Made by a program: the position numbers and the translations under genes
Part shown: positions 19,252 through 27,893 of the stretch, piece by piece
How the letters are laid out: each line of letters opens with the position of its first letter
How positions within the stretch are numbered: position 1 is the first letter of the stretch
Origin: an uncultured delta proteobacterium
GTDB taxonomy: Bacteria > Desulfobacterota > Desulfuromonadia > Geobacterales > DSM-12255
Assembly: GCA_963787125.1 (NCBI GenBank)
Contig: CAWBBV010000008.1
Coordinates: 1-32,089 of the forward strand
Direction: 5' to 3'
DNA: 32,089 nucleotides
The notes under the pieces: model-generated
Seen by the model: only the letters and a program-made list of their open reading frames with translations
Databases searched by the model: none
What the model was told of the DNA's origin: nothing

Positions 19252-19401
19252 TTAATTAGAGTCAGTGAACGGAATAAGGATAAAAGCGAGGCATTTGCTT
19301 TCTGTTGAATCAAAACCCTGAACCGCTTTGGATCGGCTTGTTCGTGTATTTTCGTGTTGTTCGTGGACCAGCGTCTTTAAATATTTAACAATTCAAACCT
19401 G

Positions 19402-20643
19402 TCAGACGTGAGCGACATGGAGTTTTTTCGCCACCTGCCGGTCAATGACATACATCATACCGAGGGTGAACAGCATGGAGCAGACGGTAAGGTAGCCGAT
19501 GACATTGTAATGCTGCAGCGGTGCATTTTTAGCAGGCTGGTAGACAATTAGTCCGGCAACGAAAGCGGCAATCCCTCCTGAAATCTGCTGGATCGACGAG
19601 TTTATCCCCATGTACGCCCCCCGGTCCGTCAGGTTCGGGATTCCCGAAATCAGCGCCGAAGAAGAGATCATACGTGATGATATCCCTATCCAGAGAATGG
19701 TATTGGTCAGCATCACAACCCAGATGGGGTTAGGCCCAAGATTGGTGTAGACGACTACCATGGCCATGGAAAGGATGCTGCCGACAATAAACATCCGGTA
19801 CTTGCCGAACCTGTCAGTCAGCCTCCCCAGGAGCGGGCCTGTAAAAATAGAGACCATTCCGGTGACAAGGAAGATCAAAGACAATTCTGTTTCCGGAATA
19901 AGGACGTTGTTGACGAGAAATGCACTGCTGAAAGGCATGATCATGAACCCGCCGGTGGCGAGCAGCAGCGTTGCCGTGAAGCCTTGCAGATAATAGCGAT
20001 TCGAAGCGGTCTGCCAGATGTGCGAGAAGGCGCTTTTTTTGTCAGGTTTGCCCTGGAGGTGACCGGTGACCGGTTTTAGTTTCAGGGCGATGGCAATCCC
20101 GACCAGCATGGCAATGGCGGCTATCATCAGGAATGTGGCGTGCCAGCTGATACGGGTTGCCAGATAAAGGCCGATGGGAATACCGAGCACCTGGCTGGCT
20201 GAAAAAGCCATCTGCACAAATCCCATGACCCGGCCGCGGACTTCCATCCTGAATATGTCGGTTATAATCGCAAAAGAGATTGAGCCGATCACGCCGCCAA
20301 ATATCCCGGTGACAATCCTTGCCCAGAGCAGCGCCGGGTAGCTGTTGGCAATGCCGCAGAATAATGTGCCGAGAACAAAACCGACATAGAAGAAGAGCAG
20401 CATCTTCTTTCGATCGAACCTGTCGGCAAAGCCGGCAGCGCAGACCCCGGAAGCTCCGGCACTGAACGCGTAGGCGGATACCAGCAGTCCGAATTGAGAG
20501 GTGGAGATTCCTAACTCCGGCATCAGGATGGCTCCAAGCGGTGATAGAACCATGAAGTCAACGATGACGGTGAATTGAAGAAAAGCGAGAATCGCAATGA
20601 CGAATTTTTCGTAAGGCGTAAAGATGTGCCTGGGACTGTTCAA
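19402..20643 (-). CDS. MFS transporter (DHA1-like)
   Basis: About 12 hydrophobic segments, motif A GFADRFDRK, and RGRVMG. Confidence 0.93.
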   Translation of the reverse strand: MNSPRHIFTPYEKFVIAILAFLQFTVIVDFMVLSPLGAILMPELGISTSQFGLLVSAYAFSAGASGVCAAGFADRFDRKKMLLFFYVGFVLGTLFCGIANSYPALLWARIVTGIFGGVIGSISFAIITDIFRMEVRGRVMGFVQMAFSASQVLGIPIGLYLATRISWHATFLMIAAIAMLVGIAIALKLKPVTGHLQGKPDKKSAFSHIWQTASNRYYLQGFTATLLLATGGFMIMPFSSAFLVNNVLIPETELSLIFLVTGMVSIFTGPLLGRLTDRFGKYRMFIVGSILSMAMVVVYTNLGPNPIWVVMLTNTILWIGISSRMISSSALISGIPNLTDRGAYMGINSSIQQISGGIAAFVAGLIVYQPAKNAPLQHYNVIGYLTVCSMLFTLGMMYVIDRQVAKKLHVAHV

Positions 20644-20660
20644 TGGTGACCTTATATTTT

Positions 20661-21539
20661 TTAGCGCTCGGCTGATTTTCTTCTGACGACCAGACTTATG
20701 GCGGCAAAGTCAGCTTCGCCCAGGCCGCAGGCAAGTGCCTGCTTATACAGTTCGTTATTGGCAGCAGTGGTGAACAGCGGTTGTCCGACTTCTTCACCAA
20801 GCCGGAGAGCGAGGCGCAGATCCTTCTGCATATGCTTGAGAGGAAATGCTGGCGGAAATTCACTGTTGGCTGCCATGACAGGGCCTTTGAGGCGGAACAT
20901 GGGGTTGGCGACAGCGCCTGAATCAAGAATCTCAAGCAGTTGGGAAAGATCAAGCCCGCTCCCCTCTGCCAGAGCCATCCCCTCGGCCAATGCGGTCAGC
21001 ATGCCCCCCATGACAAGATTGTTGGCGAGCTTCATCCGGGCGGCGTTGCCTGCCTCACCAAGAAAGAGAATTTTTTTACCCATTGCTGCCAGTACAGAAT
21101 GTGCCTGGTCATACAGCTCCCTGTCGCCTGCTGCCATAATCGTCAAGGTGCCGTCTTCGGCAGGTTTTCTGCTACCTGCTACCGGAGCTTCCAGAAAGAG
21201 CGCCCCCATTTCCCTGGCCAGACTGGCTGACGTCATTGATGTTTCAGGGTCAACCGTCGACAGATCGATGTAGCCTTTACCAGGGGCAAGACCTGCTATG
21301 ATGCCATTACTGCCGTCGCGCACCGCCTCGACTGCAGCGGGTGTTGCCATCATGGCACAGATAATATCAGCCGACTCTGCGGCGCTGCGGGGTGACGTAG
21401 CAATCACAGCTCCTGCGGCAGCCAGCGGCCCACATTTATCAAGAGAGCGGTTCCATACTGTCAGGTGGTGTCCGGCTTTGAGCAGGTTGACTGCCATTGC
21501 GCTCCCCATGATTCCCAAACCTATAAAGCCGATGTTCAT
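20661..21539 (-). CDS. NAD(P)-dependent beta-hydroxyacid dehydrogenase family (glyoxylate/succinic semialdehyde reductase-like)
   Basis: GFIGLGIMG, WNRS, EAPVAGS, MKLANN and KDLRLA motifs. Confidence 0.92.
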   Translation of the reverse strand: MNIGFIGLGIMGSAMAVNLLKAGHHLTVWNRSLDKCGPLAAAGAVIATSPRSAAESADIICAMMATPAAVEAVRDGSNGIIAGLAPGKGYIDLSTVDPETSMTSASLAREMGALFLEAPVAGSRKPAEDGTLTIMAAGDRELYDQAHSVLAAMGKKILFLGEAGNAARMKLANNLVMGGMLTALAEGMALAEGSGLDLSQLLEILDSGAVANPMFRLKGPVMAANSEFPPAFPLKHMQKDLRLALRLGEEVGQPLFTTAANNELYKQALACGLGEADFAAISLVVRRKSAER

Positions 21540-21735
21540 AAAAATCTCCTTCTCTCTCTATTTCAGTCATGCTCTGGTTTCGTTTCGTCAAAAAGCTGCT
21601 GCTGCCCAGGTGTTTTCCACGATCGGAGACTGATTCTGTCAGGCCTTGAGCTTGCCGGAGTTGCCGGCCTTTTCTTGTCAGCCTGTGCAGCTGATCTCAC
21701 GCAGTTTGTCCGCCCTTTGCCGGACAGTGAATAAT

Positions 21736-21759
21736 AAAAAGCCCTCATCGCTGAGGGCC
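21736..21759 (-). terminator. ssrA intrinsic terminator
   Basis: GCCCTCA-gcga-TGAGGGC followed by TTTTT on the minus strand. Confidence 0.8.
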
Positions 21760-21765
21760 TTAAAT

Positions 21766-22123
21766 TGGTGGAGGTGAGGGGAATCGAACCCCTGTCCGAA
21801 AGTCATACGCCCAAGGCTTCTACATGCTTGTTTCAGTGTTTAGATTTAGCAGTTATTGTCTCCACTGAACAGGATACTCAAACCACGATCCTCTTTTGAT
21901 TTCGCTTTCCCGCCAAAGGCATACGGGGAAACTATCTCGAGTAAATGACGTCCATTCCTAACCCCCGAGAAGAGCGCGGATGGACGGTAACAGGGTATTA
22001 AGCTGCTACAGCGTAATCATAATTGTCGGCATTTAAAGCCGTGCGGGTTTTTTAACGAGGCCAACCCACATCCTCGGCATGCAACCTTTTGCTTCCTACC
22101 CCCGTCGAAACCTTTACACCCCC
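21766..22123 (-). ncRNA. ssrA: tmRNA
   Basis: 5' GGGGGTG pairs with 3' CACCTCCACCA (G3-U wobble), T-arm GGTTCGATTCC. Tag ORF ADNYDYAVAA* at 22030-21998. Adjacent to smpB. Confidence 0.97.
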
Positions 22124-22627
22124 AAAAAATATTAGATCATTACGTTTACAGGTCAAGGCTGAACTCACCACTTCCCTTTGTCTGCCCTTGAGTGCCTGGG
22201 CAATATCCCGTTTGCTATCCTTCTCTTTCATGTCTTCCCGCTTGTCATACAGCTTTTTCCCTTTTGCCAAACCCAGCTCTGCTTTTACCAGTCCGTCCTT
22301 GAAGTAGAGTCGCAGCGGAATAACAGTATACCCCTGCTCCCGTATTTTACTGTAGAGTTTAATGATCTCTTTTTTGTGCAGCAGAAGCTTTCTTGCTCTG
22401 TCGGCATCGTGGTTCGACCTGTTACCAAACTCATAAGGGGAGATGTGCAGGTTATTGAGAAAGGCCTCTCCAGTTTTAATCTGAGCGAAAGCGTCATTAA
22501 GATTAGCTTTACCCATCCTGAGAGATTTCACTTCAGTACCGGTCAATACCAAGCCGGCTTCAAACTTTTCCTCAACAAAGTAGTCGTGGTAAGCTTTCTT
22601 GTTGTTGCAGATCAGCTTTTCGCCCAT
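22052..22627 (-). CDS. smpB: SsrA-binding protein (true 3' end probably ~22166; frame as given runs into tmRNA)
   Basis: [33 protein letters not shown] and GKKLYDKR motifs. Confidence 0.95.
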   Translation of the reverse strand: MGEKLICNNKKAYHDYFVEEKFEAGLVLTGTEVKSLRMGKANLNDAFAQIKTGEAFLNNLHISPYEFGNRSNHDADRARKLLLHKKEIIKLYSKIREQGYTVIPLRLYFKDGLVKAELGLAKGKKLYDKREDMKEKDSKRDIAQALKGRQREVVSSALTCKRNDLIFFGGVKVSTGVGSKRLHAEDVGWPR

Positions 22628-22752
22628 AATTAGATAGTAGCAAATGCGGCTCTCTGGATACAATGTAAATCTGACCAGTGCAGCTATTATCCGCGTTATG
22701 CTGCGATTTTCTTTTTCGGTGGTACGCTTATGCCAAGTCATACGGAGGTGCG

Positions 22753-24612
22753 ATGAATAACGATAAGCTGGCACAACTGCTTCATGTTGATAGAAAGATA
22801 CTCCCGGCCAATGGTGGCGATCTGTACAACCGGCTCATCTTTGCGCGCAGCCCTTACCTGCTCCAACACGCCGAGAACCCTGTTGACTGGCGCGAATGGG
22901 GAGATGAGGCCTTTGCCGAGGCGAGAAGAAGAGATGTGCCACTGTTCGTCTCCATAGGTTATGCCACCTGTCACTGGTGCCATGTCATGGTGCAGGAATC
23001 GTTCAACGATGGAGAGGTCGCCGCTATTCTCAATGAATCATTTGTTCCGGTAAAAATTGACCGGGAGGAAAGGCCGGATCTTGACGATTTCTATATGACC
23101 GCTGCACGCGTCCTGACCGGTGGTGGCGGCTGGCCACTTAACGTTTTCATCGATCATGACAGCCGTCCGTTTTTTTCACTAACCTATTTGCCGAAATATC
23201 CACGGCACCGGACCCCCGGATTTATGGACCTGCTCAGGAATATTGCTACTCTTTGGCGCGAAAAAAGAGAGATGGTCTTCAGTAATGCAACGGAGATCGT
23301 CAGGTCACTGGCAGCTTACGCCTCGAATACTCCAGCGACCGGCAAAGACCTGGATTGGCTGTCAAAAGCAGCGTGCCAGCACCTTGCAGAAATGTATGAC
23401 CATGATTTCTGTGGCTTCGGCAGAGTGACCAAATTCCCGATGCCGCTGTATCTGCTCTTTCTGCTCAGCCGTGATAACAAAGTAAACGTTAATGCACCGG
23501 TTATGGCGCTAAAGACTCTGGAAAAAATGATGTGCGGCGGCATTCATGATCAGCTTGGAGGCGGCTTTCACCGTTATACTGTTGATCAAAAATGGAATAT
23601 TCCCCATTTTGAAAAGATGCTTTATGACCAGGCAATGCTGATTTTAGCTTATGTTGAAGCGTTTAAAGTCAGCGCAGACAGTAAGTTTCTTGAAACTGCC
23701 GAAAAAACAGCTGATTTTGCCTATAATGAGCTGCTGACAGATGAGGGTGCATTTTGTGCTGCCCTTGATGCCGACAGTGAGGGTGAGGAGGGGTTCTTCT
23801 ACACCTGGAGATATGAAGAGCTGACAGCAATCCTTGGCAGTGAATACAATTCGGTTCTGGACTTCTGGGGCGCGCGCTGTGAGGGTGACCTGGACGGACG
23901 TTGCATTCTGCACACAATTGGCGCTCCAGACAAATTTGCCGGGGAGAGGGGCATTTCAGAAGCAGATTTGAAAGAGTTAATTGTAAGCGCCACCCAAAAG
24001 CTCCTCATCGCGAGGGCTCTTCGCGAGAGGCCTCTGCGTGACTTAAAGGTGATCTGTGCCTGGAACGGTCTGATGATTGCTGCGCTTGTGCGGCTGTTCG
24101 CAGCTTCAGGCAAGAAAAAGTGGCTTGAGCGTGCGGAAAAGGCGGCCGGCTTTATTATTTCAAAAATGGTTAATTCAACAGGAATGCTCTGCAGAAACTG
24201 GCTCGGCACGCCGACACCGGTTGCGGCCTTTGCTGAAGATTACGCCTGTTTCTGCCTTGGGCTCACAGAGCTTGCCAACCAAAACCCTGACTCTCTTTGG
24301 AAGGACAGGCTTGAACATTTTGCCCATGAACTTTCAGTTCATTTCGTTACTGACGCGGGGGATGTTATCTTTTCCGGGATCGATGGGCATAAACTTCCGC
24401 AGAATATCCCGGCAGTGCAGGACGGGGTCATGCCTTCGGCCGCAGGTCTTTGCGCGGTTGTCTTGATACGGGCAGGGTTGATTCTTGACAACAGGGTATT
24501 TACTGAAAAAGGCAGGGAAATCATCGGCCGATACAGGGGGCTTACAGAGCAGAATCCGTCAGCCTGTCTGACACTCATAATGGCAGAAGAGGGGTTGTTT
24601 CTAAAACTTTAG
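22753..24612 (+). CDS. Thioredoxin-domain protein, YyaL/SSP411 (DUF255) family
   Basis: [26 protein letters not shown] and [10 protein letters not shown] motifs. GGAGG SD. Confidence 0.93.
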   Translation: MNNDKLAQLLHVDRKILPANGGDLYNRLIFARSPYLLQHAENPVDWREWGDEAFAEARRRDVPLFVSIGYATCHWCHVMVQESFNDGEVAAILNESFVPVKIDREERPDLDDFYMTAARVLTGGGGWPLNVFIDHDSRPFFSLTYLPKYPRHRTPGFMDLLRNIATLWREKREMVFSNATEIVRSLAAYASNTPATGKDLDWLSKAACQHLAEMYDHDFCGFGRVTKFPMPLYLLFLLSRDNKVNVNAPVMALKTLEKMMCGGIHDQLGGGFHRYTVDQKWNIPHFEKMLYDQAMLILAYVEAFKVSADSKFLETAEKTADFAYNELLTDEGAFCAALDADSEGEEGFFYTWRYEELTAILGSEYNSVLDFWGARCEGDLDGRCILHTIGAPDKFAGERGISEADLKELIVSATQKLLIARALRERPLRDLKVICAWNGLMIAALVRLFAASGKKKWLERAEKAAGFIISKMVNSTGMLCRNWLGTPTPVAAFAEDYACFCLGLTELANQNPDSLWKDRLEHFAHELSVHFVTDAGDVIFSGIDGHKLPQNIPAVQDGVMPSAAGLCAVVLIRAGLILDNRVFTEKGREIIGRYRGLTEQNPSACLTLIMAEEGLFLKL

Positions 24613-24615
24613 GAA

Positions 24616-25104
24616 CTATTGACCGTTATTCGTTATCTTTTTCAGATAGCTTTTTGCGTAAATCACCACTGCTGTAGAATAGTCGTCATAGCCGCCAACT
24701 TCAATCGCCGCCTTTGCCATGCTGATAGCCATGTCACGATCGCCAAGCCCTTCATACCCCTTTGCTGCTGTCATCATGCAGGAGTTGCAGCGGTTATCCA
24801 GCTCCAGACATTTTTTGCTGCTGTCGATTGCCGCTGAATAATTAGTCGTCATTAACTGGGCAACCGCCAGTGCATCATAGGCTTTTACGAGCTCTGCGCC
24901 CTGAACAAATGTAGGGCAGGCATTCAGCATCCGACTGTAGGTCTCTACCGATTTATCCCACTGCCGCCCTTCATCGGCACTCTTGCCTTGAACGACAAGA
25001 GCTTCATAGGATTGAAGCGTACATTCAGACGCATAAAGAGGGGAACTTACAAGCAGGATTGTAAAAATAAAAGCGAAAATGAAGCCGTAGATAGCTATCA
25101 CCAT
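24616..25104 (-). CDS. Secreted TPR-like protein
   Basis: Hydrophobic N-terminus and TPR-like helical patterns (NYSAAIDSSKKCLELD). Confidence 0.7.
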   Translation of the reverse strand: MVIAIYGFIFAFIFTILLVSSPLYASECTLQSYEALVVQGKSADEGRQWDKSVETYSRMLNACPTFVQGAELVKAYDALAVAQLMTTNYSAAIDSSKKCLELDNRCNSCMMTAAKGYEGLGDRDMAISMAKAAIEVGGYDDYSTAVVIYAKSYLKKITNNGQ

Positions 25105-25134
25105 AAAAAAAGGGCGGTCCGCTGACCGCCCTTT
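25105..25134 (-). terminator. Intrinsic terminator
   Basis: AAAGGGCGGTC-loop-GACCGCCCTTT followed by a T run on the minus strand. Confidence 0.7.
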
Positions 25135-25151
25135 CTCCTCAGGAAATGTAA

Positions 25152-25511
25152 TTATTTCTTTTTATCATCACCTTTAGCATGCTTGGCGATGATCTTGTCC
25201 TTGATCTTGTCATAAACTGCAGCAGGGATGATTTTCTTGCTTTTCAGCTGGTCCTTCTTGGCATAAGGCCTACCGGCGATAATCTTTTTAGAGTATTCGT
25301 CGCCGATGCCGGCGATCTTCTTCAGTTGCTCTTCTGTTGCGCTGTTTATATCCACCAACTCAACTGCAGCAGCTTTAACCGGCGCTGCATCAATCTTCTT
25401 TTCAGCCGGCGGCTTTGCTATTGGCGCTTTCTGCTCAGCGGCAAAGGAGAGTCCGACGGTCAGTGTAAAGGCCAGCATGATATTTGTTGCCAACAATATT
25501 ATTTTCTTCAT
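25152..25511 (-). CDS. ComEA-like helix-hairpin-helix exported DNA-binding protein
   Basis: Signal peptide; VDINSATEEQLKKIAGIG...KIIAGRPY. Confidence 0.88.
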   Translation of the reverse strand: MKKIILLATNIMLAFTLTVGLSFAAEQKAPIAKPPAEKKIDAAPVKAAAVELVDINSATEEQLKKIAGIGDEYSKKIIAGRPYAKKDQLKSKKIIPAAVYDKIKDKIIAKHAKGDDKKK

Positions 25512-25543
25512 TTTGAATCCCCCAGTAGATATTCCATCTCGAG

Positions 25544-26386
25544 CTAATAAGACGGCAGTTTGAAGTTTTCCTTGTAGCGCTTAAAGGTAGATACATGCAG
25601 ATCGTTTTTGACTGATTGTACGCCTTCTACCGAATTAACAATCTTCACCGCTTCAGCAAGCTCTGCTTCATTGTGAACATGGCCGGTTAGATGAATCTTG
25701 CCGTTATAAGAGGCTATTTTCAGATGCAAACTTTCAATTTTTCCTGATTTAAGTAACTCAGTCTCAATTTTTTTGGCGAGGATGATATCATCAAGAAAGC
25801 CTTCAGCGCCGGACTCCTGATCTTTAAGTTTAGGATCTTTCACTGCTGCCACAATACAGTCGATAATTGCCGATTCACTCAACACAGATGTATTAAACGT
25901 CAAGTCGTAACCAAGAGGATCATTCCAGTCGCGATCAAAATAAAAATGAATAAAACCAGCCCGTTGATGGTCACTTTTCCTGATAAAATCATGGGCAAGA
26001 TCAGGGTCGAGCCATTCGCGTTCGGCAAATTTTTCAACTCGCTCGTCAAAAGGGGCGGTGAACCTCAGCTTCAGGACGTTGCCAAGTCCGTTTAGTAGAT
26101 CCTGGCAACCGCGCCCGTAAAGAATCACATTCCCTGCTTTGGCAAAATCAAGCAGTATCAGTTCAACAATATTAAGATACGCAGCATGTAACCGGTCTTC
26201 TGCAGTAATATAAACAGGTGGTTTTTCATCCACCCGCAAAAGGATTTCATTGGTAAGTCCGTAGCGTTCTGCTACTTCGGCAATTTTAAGTCCATCAACA
26301 AGGGTGTATTTAAGTTTCTTTGCAACATCTTTTGCAATCTTGTAAGCACCCGTCCCCATTTCGCGGGAAATCGTAATAATTGCCAT
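25544..26386 (-). CDS. Cytidylate kinase-like family protein with C-terminal BON domain
   Basis: IITISREMGTG, GRG, YDLTFNT; LTGHV...VEGVQSVKNDL. Confidence 0.88.
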   Translation of the reverse strand: MAIITISREMGTGAYKIAKDVAKKLKYTLVDGLKIAEVAERYGLTNEILLRVDEKPPVYITAEDRLHAAYLNIVELILLDFAKAGNVILYGRGCQDLLNGLGNVLKLRFTAPFDERVEKFAEREWLDPDLAHDFIRKSDHQRAGFIHFYFDRDWNDPLGYDLTFNTSVLSESAIIDCIVAAVKDPKLKDQESGAEGFLDDIILAKKIETELLKSGKIESLHLKIASYNGKIHLTGHVHNEAELAEAVKIVNSVEGVQSVKNDLHVSTFKRYKENFKLPSY

Positions 26387-26618
26387 GCAAACTGCCTCCT
26401 AGTAACGAACTGTTAATTCGGGATAATAGCATCTAATTTTTCATTTCACAATAGGGTCGTAAGGGGTTTATGCCATTGAGCAGCATCAAGTTGAAGAGCA
26501 CTGCATCTATTGGTAAACTTGGATGCTTTAGAAATATGCTGACATTTCCTCAGCCTTACATGTAGCATACAGCAGCATTTTGTAGCGGTTATTAAAACTA
26601 AAAAGTGAGGTCTCCATC

Positions 26619-27209
26619 TTGGACGTTATTGTCAAGCATTTGCGGAAAACATTTATAGCCGGACTTTTTGTTATTATTCCAATAGGCATAACTATCTTCA
26701 TTCTCAAGTTTCTTTTCAATCTGGCTGACGGCATTCTAGGCAGTTACATCGACCATTTTTTCAGTCTGATCACTCATCATGAGCTGCACATACCTGGTCT
26801 TGGTATGATAACCGGTGCAGTAGTCGTATACCTAACCGGTTTCCTTGCCACCAATATAATCGGCAGCAGACTACTTAAGATCGGTGAAGCGCTCCTGAAC
26901 CGCATTCCGCTTGTCAAGTCGATCTACAGCTCCAGTAAGCAGTTGATCAAGGTTTTTCAGGAAGGGAAAAACTCTTACCGAAGGGCGGTTTTTGTGGAGT
27001 GGCCGCGTCCAGGTGTTAAAGCGCTCGGTTTTGTTACCGCAGAAGTTGAGCAGAACGGCGTACGTATGGTCGTTGTTTATCTGCCGACCATGCCAAATCC
27101 GACCTCTGGTTTTGCGCTCTATTTTCGTGCTGAAGATGTTGAGGATAGCGGCATGTCGGTAGAGGATGCAGTTAAATTTGTTGTTTCCGGTGGAGTTGTT
27201 TTACCTTAA
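26619..27209 (+). CDS. DUF502 membrane protein
   Basis: FIAGL, RIPLVKSIY, PTMPNPTSG and VVSGG motifs. Confidence 0.9.
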   Translation: MDVIVKHLRKTFIAGLFVIIPIGITIFILKFLFNLADGILGSYIDHFFSLITHHELHIPGLGMITGAVVVYLTGFLATNIIGSRLLKIGEALLNRIPLVKSIYSSSKQLIKVFQEGKNSYRRAVFVEWPRPGVKALGFVTAEVEQNGVRMVVVYLPTMPNPTSGFALYFRAEDVEDSGMSVEDAVKFVVSGGVVLP

Positions 27210-27342
27210 CAAGTATTAGCTTTTAAAGTCTGCTATTTCAGGTAGTTACACTGCTCGCCCTCCCCTTTAGCTTGCCGTTACAGAATTAGCATGCTATAAA
27301 GCAGCTTGCCCAGCACTGATAAACTACCAATAAGGAGGTGCC

Positions 27343-27798
27343 ATGGGAATATTGCACCTGCGGGGGAAGTTGCTTGTCTGCTGCATTTTAGCTCAGCTGT
27401 TCTTATCGTTTCAGCCAGGCATTCTTCAGGCTGAAGATATTATCAAAGAATATAGTGTGCCTACGGCTGTTGAACCAAATTCTGCTGCTACGGATGGCGA
27501 AGAAGGGCTTGCCTCCTATTATGCCAAACGCTATCAAAACAGACGCACCAATTCAGGGCAGCGCTACGATGCTGCCAAGTTGACGGCTGCTCACCCCACA
27601 CTTCCTCATGGCACCAGAGTCAGGGTTATCAATCTGGTCAACAGAAAAGAGGTTATCGTTACCATCAATGATCGCTGCAGGCCTCATGCTGGACCCTTCA
27701 TCGACCTGTCCCGCGCTGCGGCAAAACAGCTTGGTTTCCTTGGTAAAGGCAAAACCAGAGTCCGCATTATTCCCCTTGAAGCTGAAGAAGAAAGCTGA
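27343..27798 (+). CDS. rlpA: RlpA-family septal ring lytic transglycosylase (DPBB domain)
   Basis: GLASYY, TAAHPTLP, INDR and IDLSRAAA motifs. Confidence 0.88.
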   Translation: MGILHLRGKLLVCCILAQLFLSFQPGILQAEDIIKEYSVPTAVEPNSAATDGEEGLASYYAKRYQNRRTNSGQRYDAAKLTAAHPTLPHGTRVRVINLVNRKEVIVTINDRCRPHAGPFIDLSRAAAKQLGFLGKGKTRVRIIPLEAEEES

Positions 27799-27816
27799 TC
27801 ATTCAAACTGTTAATG

Positions 27817-27854
27817 ATACAAAGAGGCCGGGTAATTTCCCGGCCTCTTTGTAT
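27817..27854. terminator. Bidirectional terminator between convergent genes
   Basis: ATACAAAGAGGCCGGG-6 nt-CCCGGCCTCTTTGTAT. Confidence 0.85.
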
Positions 27855-27893
27855 TGTGTCTATAGACGGATATTTCAACTATCGATGTAAGCA

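Larger units (their letters stand above)
18555..19368. repeat. Repeat scaffold around the GxxExxY gene: tandem CACGAAAACA units (18556-18593), inverted partners (18677-18703, 19341-19368) and ~90-bp direct repeats (18614-18703 / 19278-19367)
   Basis: Read directly. The left arm matches the reverse complements at 23/27 and 24/27. Confidence 0.88.

Noticed and set aside
21766..21800. Island integrated at the tmRNA 3' end
   Set aside because: No integrase and no duplicated ssrA 3' end seen in the window. Housekeeping-like genes follow ssrA.
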